Below, in pieces: positions 12,613-24,770 of a DNA stretch of 64,000 nt. The stretch comes from Zootoca vivipara (taxonomy: Eukaryota), in NCBI RefSeq assembly GCF_963506605.1, contig NC_083288.1:45942001-46006000 (forward strand). Direction: 5' to 3'. Position 1 is the stretch's first letter; every line of letters begins with the position of its first letter. A program made the position numbers and the translations under genes. A model generated the notes under the pieces. The model did no database searches. It was not told where the DNA came from and worked only from the letters and a program-made list of their open reading frames with translations.

Positions 12613-14913
12613 GCTTCCGGTTCAGCGCCAGCGCCATCCGGCGGGGTTTGTCTCGAGCTCTGAGGCAACCCGACTTTGTGAGGGGGGGGGGAAGAGCAGC
12701 GAGAGCAACGCTGCGCCCCAAAGAGCCCCAGATTGAGCGTTCTGGGGATGAAGAAAGCTCGGCAGTGCCCCATTTTTGACTCCCTGACCCTTCGGCAGGC
12801 TCTAATAAGAGCTCCAGAGCGGGAAGGGTTGTAGTCGTGGGGGCCATCTTTGAGCGCCATCGTTACCCTCGTGAAGGGAAGCTCCGTACCGGAGGTGGAG
12901 AGCGCTGGATACTTCCCAAGAAAGATTTGGAAAAGGTGGTGACCGTGAGTAAAAGGACTTAAAATTTTCATTGGATTTTAAATTTGGAATGGGGGTGAGA
13001 TTTAAAGAACGGAAGCCGATCTCCCCTCTTTGATTGAAGTAGGAAGCAATCAAAGGAAAATATGCCCGATGCCGGGGAAAGGAAGTTTATTTCTGGAATA
13101 CTTCCAAGGATTGATGAAATATTCTCCCCTCAGAGGCAGGGAAGAGGGGGAGAACTGTTTTAAGACTGGAAAAATACCTGCAATTTGAGTTAATTGAAGA
13201 CGGAAGAGCCTCTGCCTATCCTGAAATCGGCAACCCAGACAGAACAGTGAGCTGATTGTGATGTCACAAAGGAAGGAAAGGAATTAACTTTTAGAGATTT
13301 TTTAAGAGACTGAGCTGAGGAAAATCTAAAAAATTGGATAGTTTAAAATGAAGAACTGTTGCAGCCTGTTTGAAATAGCTATAAAAACTAATGTAACAAG
13401 ATCTGGAATGGATATATTGCATCCAGTTTGCAGTAATTGGAACAGTTGCAATTTGTAACCACTTCCTGTTTCTCAAGCTTTACTCTGCGCTTGGAAAGTC
13501 TGAACCTGCACCTGGGTTCCAGGAGAAAGTCATGAGACTCTTGTGGGAAATTAAAATCGAAATATATAAGACTGAGCAGCAAATGGAAGAAATATATCAA
13601 GATTCACAAAAATAGGACATAAGTAAAGGCATAGTGGCAGAAGACAACAAGATATATGAACTGAACTTTAATATCATTGAAGAACATGAAGAAGTCTTTC
13701 AGGAATTGCAAGAGGAAAAAGATCAACCCTGGATTTGGAATACCCCCCCTTTGGGGGGGGGAAGCAAGAGTCGTTTGAGGGACAGAAAACCCACAAGAAA
13801 AACAGTGTGCAAAGAAGAAGGGAACATTTGGGGGGCGGGGACAGAGGCGTTTGGATTGTAAAACATGCCAGGAAGGGAGTGGGATGAAGGAGGAATGGAT
13901 ATTTTGTTTATTGGGATGCATAAAAAGGATTGAAAATTGGATTGCTGACTCTGGAGCTTGCTGGAATGGAAGGGAATAGCCGTGATCAGGGGAGGAGGAG
14001 GCAAAATTGAAGATAAAAGAGAAATTTAAAAATTGGGAAAGTAAAAAGGATTTAAAATACATGGATATTCTAGGAAGGAAATTGTGGCAAGGGAAGAAAA
14101 GGAATGCTAATTATGCTAGAAGTAAGATGCAGAATTTAAATGAGAATACTAGAAAGATAATTTTTGTAAGATGAATAATTTGTGGGACGGTTGGGTGTTC
14201 CCCCCTCTCCTGTCGGTTGCCTCTGTGCTGGGAGCTCTTGGTGGCAGGGGGGGGGCTTCTGGGGCGGGGAAGACGGGGAGTGGGGAAGGATTCAATTGGA
14301 ATAAGAACCATTTCCTCCCTCCCTTTTTCCTCTAAGGACTCTTCGTGGCAGGGGGAGTCCTGGGGGATGGGGGAGGGAGGGGGTGCAAATTGATAATAAA
14401 AGAGAGATTAATAAAAAATATGGATAGTATGTCAACATAAGATTGGAAAGTTTGGAAATAGATTGGGGGAAATGATGAGAAAATTGCTAAATGATATTCT
14501 AAAATGAAAATCAGAAAGGGGAAGCCTATAAAATAATGTTTATGAAAAAATGAATAGTGATATAAATTATTATTTTTTTCTTTTTTTTCTTTTTGTCTTT
14601 TTCTGTTTTTGTAGTGTATTGTATTTGTAATGTAAGTTTGGATAGATAGTTGGGTGGACACTCGCCTGCATCTCTCCTTGTCATCCTAGAGCCTTTTGGT
14701 GGCAGGGGGAGGCTCCGGGGGGAGGGAGGGAGGGAGGGGTGGGGACAAACCCAATTATAAAATGAATTGCCTTCGACTGCCTACTCTTCAGGGGATTCTC
14801 TCGTGGCAGGAAGGGGCTCGTGGAGGGGGGTTGGAAGAAGGGAGATAATATGTTATGTATGTATATGGTGTTTTTTTCTATTATGCAAAATCAATAAAAA
14901 ATTATTTCAACAA
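12613..14913 (+). mobile_element. Non-autonomous L1-mobilised retroelement (~2.3 kb, HAL1-like)
   Basis: 17-bp TSD aagaaaatcag(g/a)acctg with one mismatch (12596-12612 / 14914-14930); 5' GCTTCCGG CpG-rich head; AATAAA and A-rich end; no RT ORF. Confidence 0.8.
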
Positions 14914-15386
14914 AAGAAAATCAGAACCTGACACAGAGCCATAATCTTACCTAAGGAAACAAATGAGTGCTAAATCCTAAAATGAAACCCACTGTCCAAC
15001 TCCAGTTTTGCAATAAAATTGTAACCTAGAAAGTATTGACATGGGATCAACAAGAGGACCAGTGATACTTGCTGTAAACTAAAAATGTTCCTGCAGTCTG
15101 GTGTGAGCTGTTTTGTTGAGCCAGGTCAAGAATATCAGAACATCAGGCTCATGTAGCCCAGAACTCAGAACTCACAATGTTCAACCATATCCTCACCCAC
15201 AGTAGCCAAGTGTTCTCCACCTTAACCCCTATGCATTTGCCTAACCACCTTTTAAAGGCATTAGAGTTGCTGAGCATCACTATCTCTCACGGGATAAATT
15301 CCATAGTTCAACTTTGTGCTGTGTGAAGAAGCCTTTTACTTTATAAACAAACAAAATGTACTCGCCTTCAGGTCTACAATCTAAAA

Positions 15387-15522
15387 CAGACATCCCCAAA
15401 CTTGGCCCTCCAGATGTTTTGGGACTACAGTTACCATCATCCCTGACCACTGGTCCTGTTATCTAGGGATAATGGGAGTTGTAGTCCCAAAACATCAGGA
15501 GGGCCAAGTTTGGGGATGCCTG
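15387..15522. mobile_element. Palindromic hAT MITE (136 bp)
   Basis: Long inverted arms and 8-bp TSD atctaaaa. Confidence 0.92.
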
Positions 15523-15844
15523 ATCTAAAATGACATAGCACAAAAGGAAAATAGATTTGGAGAAAGAGTTTTATTGCTTTCTTGGCTCTAAGAAGAAAAT
15601 GGGAGGGGTCTTGTATGCTGCCAGAGCCCATGCTCCTTCTTCCCAAAGCTGGATATCTCATTACCCACCTTTGGGAAGGCAGCATGAGGGCGGGGGGGGG
15701 GCATGCCAAAACGTGGCCTTGCACAGGGTCCCAAGTCCACAACTGTGAAAGTTTCATATTGTAGCAGAAGCAGGGCCGCCCCTACGACAAGACTGGGTGG
15801 CGCAGGGCCAATTTCATTGGGATTTAAAGGAGAACACACCTAAT

Positions 15845-17530
15845 TCAATCTTTCTGAAACAATACATGAACCAAGGTAACCGTATTTCAAAATTCATACT
15901 TCATACTTCATATGAACAAGAAAAAAGGGGGGAAAGCAACAATATTCTCCTATAACATATATCATCTTCAACCATCCAACTTTAAGAAAAAAAAGAAGAA
16001 AAAGAAAAAAAAGAATAATTAACAATGAAAATAAGAATAAAAATCAGCATTCCAATATCCTAATTTCATAATTCCATAATAGACCTCCACGAGAATTCCT
16101 TTTTAACGGTTCCTTACATCTCTAACTTAGCAGGTTCTAATCAAATTTCCCTCTTCTTATTTTTTTTAATAATTACATTTTTTCCTTAAATTCCACTGTC
16201 CAACTTACATTTCTAACCTATATAATTTTACACCCTTAATTCCTAACCTACAACCTACACAGTTGCTTATAATCCTCTTCAAATATCAATTCTACAATAT
16301 TTTTAGAGTAAATTCTAAACTTCTTCCACTCCTCTTCCATCTTCTCCTCTCCCCGGTCGCGTAGCCTTCCGGTCAGGTCAGCAAGTTCCATATAGTCCAA
16401 CATCTTCATCTGCCTGTAGGTATCTTCAGTGTCTTCCAGTACTTTGCTAATAATACTCTCGCCGCAGTTGTGGCATACAAAAACAAATTCACATCTATAC
16501 TAGGCAATTCTTTTCCTACTATGCCCAATAGGAAGGATTCTGGTTTCTTAAGAAAGGTGTTCTTCAACACTCTTTTCATTTCATTATAAATATTTTCCCA
16601 GAAATCCTTGACTAATGGGCATGTCCACCACATATGATAGAATGTTCCTTCCACCTTTTTACATTTCCAACATTTATTATCCTGGTTATGGTATATCTTA
16701 GCAAGTTTCATTGGCGTCAAATACCATCTATACATCATTTTCATCATATTTTCTCTTAAAACAGTGCATGCAGTAAATTTCATGTTCTTTTCCCACATCT
16801 TTTGCCCAATCTATCATAACCTTTTTTTGTCTGTTCGTCTTTCGTGTGCCACTGCAACAATAAACTATACATTCTGGAAAGATTCTTTGTCTTTGGATAT
16901 AACAATTCTGTCTCCAGCTTGGATTTTTCTAATAGAAAACCATTTTTCTTATCAATTTTATACAACTCATTTATCTGGTGGTATTGGAGCCAGTCATCTA
17001 AATTGCTTCTTAACTGCTCGTAAGTCTTTAACTTTAACTGGTCTCCTTCCTCCACCAGAATATCTCTATAGGCCATCTGGTCTCCATGTTTAGCTTTTTT
17101 CTAGCCTTAGCTAGCGGTGAAATCCAAAGAGGTGTCCTTCTCTCTAATATCTCTTTATACTTATTCCAAATGTTTATCAGCGATTTCCTAATTATATGAT
17201 TTTTGAAACCTTTGTAGCTTTTAACCTTGTCATACCATAGATAGGCATGCCATCCAAATACATTATTATATCCTTCCAAGTCTAAGACATCTGTATTTTC
17301 TAATAAACACCATTCTTTCAACCAGCAAAAGGCAGCTGCTTCATAGTAAATGCTAAGATCTGACAGGGGAAAACCCCCTCTATCCTTACTATCTGTCAGC
17401 AATTTATATTTAATTCTGGGTTTTTTCCCTTGCCATATAAACTTTGAAAGTGCCTTTTGACACTCTTTAAAGCATTCCACCTTGTCTTCAATTGGCAATG
17501 TTTGAAACAAGAATAACATTTTTGGCAATG
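15845..17530 (-). mobile_element. 5'-truncated, frameshifted L1 (ORF2 C-terminus and 3'UTR)
   Basis: LPKMLFLFQTLP, FIWQGKKPRIK and CWKCKKVEGTFYHMWWTC are homologous to the ORF2 ending at 55656. Ends are approximate. Confidence 0.9.
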
Positions 17531-17964
17531 AGGCATGATATTTTTGATCATGCAAATCTGGAGTCAAGGTCCCATATCTCATCTGCTTGGGGACCAGAGA
17601 AGACTTCTGCTCACAAATGGAAGACAAGAACTAACATGTTTTCTACCATAAGGGTCACTTAGCATCAAAACACCGAGAAAGTAATTTCCCCTCTCTCACA
17701 CACACAGAGAGAGTTATTCACAGCACTGCCATTTGCTCATGTGGTCAAAGCTCCAGAGACTTTCAAAAGGGTAGGGGAAAAAACAATCAGTAAGTAAGTC
17801 TGAAAGTGATGATAAATTAACACCAGTGCCATGGGAAGTTGGGATTAAATGCAAGAGGCAAGCAAGGACATCTCTGACAATTTTCTCCTATTGCCTTGTC
17901 AAAGCAAGTTAGATCGAAATAGGTGCAGGGCAGCTTATATTTAGAGAGAAATTTTGAGGAAAGC

Positions 17965-20900
17965 ATGTTAGGAAAAACAATGTTTCTTCTTCTTCTGCCT
18001 TATACTGTGTCCAAAGTAGGTCCCATGAAATGTCACACAGGTGGTCCCCTACCTATACCACATGAATGGTACCAGCCAGGGGGTCTCCTCATTGGTGGGA
18101 TTACTTCTCAGATCATTTACCTTTCCCATGAAATTCTGTTCAAGGAACATCCTTCCCAGAATCTCTTTGACATTCCACAGTAAGGATCGTCTTTGCCAAA
18201 TCTGTTAAGTTGCTTATATTTTGTAAATGTAGAGGAAATATGGGGTAGTATCCAATGCTGTAAGGATTTGTGAATGGGGAAATGTAAAAACCGTAAAAGA
18301 TATCATCTTTATGTACATACCTTCTGCACTGAGATAGAGGTGAAGCATATTATTATATTATTTTCAAGATATCACAGTGTTTCTAAAAACACTAGGCATT
18401 ATAGATGAAAAACATATATGTTATATGTAATAAAATATAAATAAAGTTAGGTGAGGATTGCAACAGTTGTCTGTAGGGATATTTCAGACTACACCAGCCC
18501 CTTATCTTGCGGAAATCCACTATGTAGAATACTGTAGACTCCTCACTGCTGCTAGGTTAAATGTCCTGGAATCGGAGGTATTGTTGGGAAGGTACAGGGG
18601 AGTCCCATATGTCCCATTTTGTCATTGTGCCCTGAGAGTGGTTGAGTCAACTGAACATATTCTTTTGATCTGCCCATTCTATGCAGATCTTAGACAAAAA
18701 ATAATAGCTCCACTTAACCCTGTCAGCAGAGAAAGACAGGTTTTGTTTCTGCTGAACAAGTTTCTGGAACAACGGCCTCCTTGGTGGCCAAATTTCTTTT
18801 CCTGGCCCTTAAGCGTTGTAAAGTCAAAATTGACAGTATTGACATGGGTATAAATGTATAGCCTACTTCTTAATGTCGGTTCAAAGTTTTTTTTAGATGT
18901 TTAGATGTTTTAATTTTTGTACGGATAAATGTTTATTTCTGAATGACGGTCAAATAAAATCTGATTGATTGGTTGGTTGGTTGGTTGTCTGTAGGGAATC
19001 AAGAGCAATCGGAGAAGATATTTCCACTGCTGTAAGATTCAATTGCTCATGTAGACTAATGGGGTTATAGAGTAATAGTATCATACATTGTAGGTAGATC
19101 TTCCGAATTAGAAAAATGATTCTATTCTCAGTGTGGTGACCAAGTTCCAGCAGGATACATTTCTCTTGGCTTTTGCTGTAAATAAACTTAATTCTGTTAG
19201 ATCAAAGAAACTATGAGGTTTCGTAGCATCAATAATTCCTGCATTGTAGACTCATTTCTGTATTAATGAAAGTAATACTATTGGCAGAGTCATTATCAAG
19301 TTTTACCAGCATGTCCTGGCCCTGGTGTTTGCCATAAATGACATCAACAAGAATCCCAAAATACTGCCTAATGTGACACTTGGTTTCCACATCTCTCACA
19401 CCGATTATGATGCAAGGATGAACTATCGCACCACACTGGATCTGATCTTCAAGTTACATAGGTTGCTCCCAAACTACAAATGTGCCACAGAGAAGAAACT
19501 CCTAGCCGTCATTGGAGGACTGGGCTCTGTGACTTCTTTCCATTTGATGGATATCTTAGCTCTGTATAAGATACCACAGGTAGGATATGTGCATGGGCGC
19601 TGGTGGTAATATCATATCTTTCTGTATTTATAATTTGGAATAATGTTCAGAAAAAAGAACTAGTGACATTGAATTTGCTTCTTTTGCAAACATAATAAAA
19701 GACCAGATAAAGACCCCAAAGAAAAGAATAGTCTATTTCAATGATAACACAATATTTATGTTTTCTTACAGCTTACATATGGCTCATTTGCCATAGATGA
19801 GACCAAAATAATGGAAGTTCCTCCCTTTTACCGCATGGTCCCCCACGAAAACCTTCAGTATATGGGAATTATACGGTTACTTCAGCATTTCAGGTGGACC
19901 TGGGTTGGGCTCTTTGTTATAGATGATAACAGTGGAGAGCAATTCCTAAAAATACTGGAGCCATTGTTTTCCAGAAATGGAATCTGTTCAGCTTTCACCA
20001 AAAGAATCCCACAAGAAAATCATATGGAGGATTTCATGAATATATTTTATGATACCAGTGCAATTAATTTGTTTTTCCAAGATCGTAAAGTTGGGACAAT
20101 TGTCATGTATGGAGAATCTTTAATAATTTTGCGGCTGACGATTTTTATACATTCACAAGATTCAGGAAATATGAAAAATCCATTCCTTGGAAAGGTGTGG
20201 ATTGTGACAACCCAGACAGATTTTATATCAACAGGTGCCACAAGAGGATGGGATTTCCAGTTGTTCCAGGGTGCTATTTTATTTTCTATTCACACAAAAG
20301 AGGTTCCCGGTTTCAGGGAATTTCTTCAGGATATAAACCCGATGAGGACTGAAAGAGATGGTTTCCTTAAAATTTTCTGGGAGCAAGCATTTGATTGTTC
20401 CTTTCCAGATCCAGGTATGCCTGTGATGGACGATGACATTTGCACTGGAGAGGAGAGGCTGGAGAGTCTCCCTGCAGGTCTTTTTGAAATGCACATGACT
20501 GGACACAGTTACAGTATCTATAATGCTGTTTATGCTTTGGCCCATGCTTTGCATGTCATGGAGTTGGCTATATCCAAACCTAAATCAAGGGCAGTTGGTA
20601 ACCGTGTCAAACTTCAGTCTCTGCATCCTTGGCAGGTAATGTCTCGTCAACAAATATTTCATATTTCAATGCACAGTTTGGACAGGGTGAGAATAGATTA
20701 ATTTTTGTCCTGTTTGGATAAATAATAACAGTTGTATACATATTCTCATTTTAAAAAATGGGGTTTACATTTCCTTTCTATGAATAAACTTGAAAGGAAG
20801 GCCATTCTGAAATCTCCAATATGCTGTTATTCTGGTTTTATTTCTTCCCCTCTTTTCAAATAGCTCCACCAGTTTCTTCAAGCCATCTCATTTAACAATT

Positions 20901-23876
20901 CAGCTGGAGAAACTATGTCCTTTAATGATCAATGGGAAATGAGTGGTGGGTTTGACATCAGGAACCTGGTCACCTTCCCCAACAATTCCTTTCAGAAAAT
21001 TAAAGTCGGAAGTGTTGCTCCACATGTTGCTGATAGTAAAGTAATTACCATTAGTGAAGATAAAATTGTGTGGCACAGATATTTTAATGAGGTATTTATT
21101 CTGGGTCTATCTTGGAGAGCCCATTGTATTGAATTATGAAGTATGGTGTAATCTTTTCTCCACAAACTGATATGGCAACGGCACATGAAGCTCTTGAGTG
21201 AAATCATTGATTCCTTTCACATTCAGAAACCAAATATGGTTTTAGGACAGCGCAAATTATTACTCCCACACTGGACACAAAGCAGAGAGGGCTCCCAGTA
21301 AGCCCTTGCCCAGCTATGGGTAGTAGGTGTAAGGGCTCTGGAAGGGTCATAGAATCTTCAACGTCCTCCCCAAACCCTAGTTATCACTTGTCCAACTTGG
21401 GAAGGAGCTGGGAGCGATCTATGAGCCTGTTGATGCTCTTTCCCCTACTTCACTCTTGGGTGGGTGGGTATTATGTCATCATGTTTTCTGGGCTCCAGTT
21501 GACATTAAGACTAATGCCAGTATCAATACATTTCATACACGGGGTCTCTTTGTACATCATATTATGCCAACATGGATGTCATGATGTACCAAAATAAACC
21601 ATAGAAAATGTTCGGATTAGCACACACCATTACACAAATATTGTGTCTTTCTGACAACATTGTCTTAGTGACCTGTCTTGCCCGTCTTCCTCCTTTGTCC
21701 CTTTTCTTTGTTTTTGCAGTGCAGTATCTCAACAATGAAATCTACAGTACCATATCACTTCAGCAGAAATTGGAATGTACTAGATGACCCATATGGTCTC
21801 TTAGGGTCTTTTCCAGTTCAACAATATATGACTCATTACAGTGTCTTTGCATGTTACATGTGAAAGAGTTGGAGCTCAATTGTAGAGCATATGTTTTCCA
21901 TGCAATGGGTTCCATGCTCAATCTTTAGCATCTCCAGGAATGACTGAGAAAAACGCTGCCTGACATTCTAGAGAACTGCCAGTGCTAAGTTTCAACATTA
22001 CTGTGTCAAAGGTCTGAGTTACTATCTAATAACAGTGTAAGGTCTTCAGTGTTTCTGCTCTTTAAAAAACAATTCATATTCCACTTAAATGCAATAGTCT
22101 CTAAGTGGTTTACAAGGATATCATACAAAAATAATCAGTTTTTACTATGAAAACAAACCACGTTAAGAAGCCCAATGGGACCAAAGAAGAACAACGTTAT
22201 GCGTTGGGAGTTAATTCGGAGCATGATGGCAATTCTACTAGTAGTAAAGACACACTCAGTCATGTTAGGATGGAATAAAGTAGAATCAGGAATAAATGGG
22301 GGAAAATTTCTAGGGAAATATTGTCTATTCAAGTTCTGCCAGATCATAGTAACATCCTCTGGCATTTAAGGTCACCTTGAAGACAATCATGATACGAACA
22401 AAAGCTTCAATCTGTATTCCGTTCATCATGATTTTATCATTCCTGCATGTATTCTTCTGAACATTTTCAGGCAACTTACCTACAGGCACGTCTATGAGAT
22501 CTGCCATGATAATTATAATTTCGCATAAACCAATGGGAGAGGAGAAACAGACTACTTATTGCTGTAACTCAAACATGTTAAACTAGCAGAAACATCCTGC
22601 ACCTCTATACCATAGATAATTTAATTTCATTTGAATGTGCTGCACGGCTGTCTCCATTGTTATGATATTACATCAGTAAGTGGGAAATATTTTTTCAATG
22701 TAATTAATTCTTTAAAAAAACAAAACAAAAAATGTATATGGACAGGTGGTTCCCCTTTCTCTGTGTAATGAATGTTGCCAACCTGGTCATCAGAAGGAAA
22801 CGAAGGAGGGTGAAAAATTTTGCTGCTATTATTGTGCTCCATGTCCAGATGGGAAAATTTCAAACCAAACTGGTAGGTCATGTCATCTTGCCATAACAAA
22901 GGGTAAAAATAATTTGCTGTATTCCAATGAATGGTCAATAAGTTGAATCTCCCCCACTCCATCACTTTTTTCAGATATGGAAGACTGTTTCAAATGCCCA
23001 GATGATCAGTATCCAAGCAAAAATAGACGTCAATGCCACCCGAAAATCATACATTTTTTGTCTTATGAAGAACCTTTAGGGAAAGGCTTAGCTTCAGCCA
23101 CGGCTTCTTTTTCTTTCATCACAACCTTGGTGTTTGCTACCTTCATTAAACATAAAGATACCCCCATTGTCAAAGCCAACAATCGGGACCTCACCTACAT
23201 TCTCTTGGTCTCCCTACTACTCTGCTTCTTCTCCTCGTTGTTATTCCTTGGCCAACCTGGGAAAGTGACCTGCCTTCTCCGACAACCAACGTTTGGAATC
23301 ATTTTCTCAGTGGCTGTTTCTTGCGTGTTGGCCAAAACCATCATTGTTTCTCTAGCATTCATGGCCACAAAACCAGGATCAAGAGTGAAGAAATGGATGG
23401 GGAAGAAAGTGTCTTACTCAATTGCTGTTTGCTGTTCACTTGTTCAATTGGGCTTTTGCATGGTGTGGCTCTCAACCTTTCCCCCTTTCCCTGATTTAGA
23501 CATGCATTCAGTGAATGAAGAAATCATTGTACAGTGTAATGAAGGGTCTGTCACCATGTTTTATTGTGTCCTGGGCTACATGGGTCTCCTGGCCATCAGC
23601 AGCTTCATTGTGGCATTCCTTGCCCGCAAGTTACCTGACAGTTTTAATGAAGCAAAATTCATTACATTCAGCATGTTGGCATTTTGCAGTGTTTGGTTGT
23701 CCTTCGTTCCAACTTACCTGAGCACCAGAGGGAAAGGCATGGTGGCTGTGGAGATCTTCTCCATCTTGACGTCCAGTGCTGTGCTTCTGGGATGCATCTT
23801 TTTCCCTAAGTGCTACATCATTTTGCTGAGGCCTGAACTGAACAGCAGGGAGCAGATAATGAGGAGACAGCATTGA
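17965..23876 (+). CDS. V2R gene C, complete, ~875 aa: exons 17965-18179, 19288-19579, 19772-20635, 20864-21091, 22746-22872, 22975-23876
   Basis: Same six-exon class C GPCR layout (215/292/864/228/127/902 nt), GT-AG junctions, no stops seen. The start could alternatively be the ATG at 17980. Confidence 0.95.
18480..18983 (+). mobile_element. 5'-truncated LINE 3' end (RTE-X-like) in gene C intron 1
   Basis: 14-bp TSD gttgtctgtaggga; CHC...HILLICPFY zinc-knuckle remnant; (tgat/tggt)n tail; absent from D and E. Clade assignment is tentative. Confidence 0.8.
21868..22020 (+). mobile_element. Degenerate tRNA-derived Squam3-like SINE (also ~34720, ~45207, ~59935; minus-strand copy 3905-4045)
   Basis: A-box-like gagctcaattgtagagcat, B-box-like segment and gcatctccagg body. 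Family name recalled from memory. Confidence 0.65.
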
Positions 23877-24317
23877 GGAAATTGTCTTCATTTCCACAGT
23901 TATGCTGATTTGCACGATGGACAAGAATTTTGCTTACATATCAGTTAGAAAAACAGGGGCATATTCAATTTTATGTCTCTCCCCTGCATTGTTAGCATAG
24001 ATAGCTGTCTCTGCAACATCTTTATTTGCTAATTTATATTTCTCTTAGTTGGAGATTGCTCCAGTTCTTTTTCTTTTCACCTAATCACACACCAAACTTT
24101 TTGTAGTTTCTCTGGTCTCTTTCTTTCCTTTTTATGGAATAACTTCTTATGTAAGCTTGACTTGCATCCCAAACTGTCTGTATCCCTATGCCTTTATTAA
24201 ACTTATTTTCAAAGAATTATTTTAACCTTTGTTTGCATTCCTGTTCAACCTTCTCTTGTTGTAACAACAATTCATGAAACCTCCGTCTAATAAAACTTAT
24301 GAGTGTCATAATGACTA

Positions 24318-24770
24318 AACCACATAACACCGGTCTTGAAAGACCTACACTGGCTCCCAGTACGTTTCTGAGCACAATTCAAAGTGTTGGTGCTGACCTT
24401 TAAAGCCCTAAATGGCCTCGGCCCAGTATACCTGAAGGAGCGTCTCCACCCCCATCGTTCTGCCCGGACACTGAGGTCCAGCGCCGAGGGCCTTCTGGCA
24501 GTTCCCTCACTGCGAGAAGCAAAGCTACGGGGAACCAGGCAGAGGGCCTTCTCGGTAGTGGCACCCGCCCTGTGGAACACCCTCCCATCAGAGGTCAGAG
24601 AGATAAACAACTACCTGACATTTAGAAAATACCTAAAGGCAGCCCTGTTTAGGGAAGTTTTAAATCTGTGATATTTGATGTATTTTAATGTTTGTTGGAA
24701 GCCACGCAGAGTTGCAGGGGAAGCCCAGCCAGATGGGTGGGGTATTAATAATAATAATAATAATAATAAA
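24318..24770 (+). mobile_element. L2-like LINE 3' end, carried in the duplication unit (also 38160-38615, 47665-48135, partial 25944-26177)
   Basis: HITPVLKDLHWLPV...FKVLVLTFKALNGLGP...RAFSVVAPALWNTLP and an (aat)n tail. Confidence 0.85.

Noticed and set aside
21868-21945. tRNA-like A/B boxes
   Set aside because: Degenerate SINE head with no convincing cloverleaf.
22325-22507. 60-aa antisense ORF ([10 protein letters not shown]...) open in intron 4 of all four plus-strand genes (also 36157, 45669, 60490)
   Set aside because: Manual C versus D comparison gives 12 non-synonymous and 4 synonymous changes, about the neutral ratio. Recent duplication explains its persistence.
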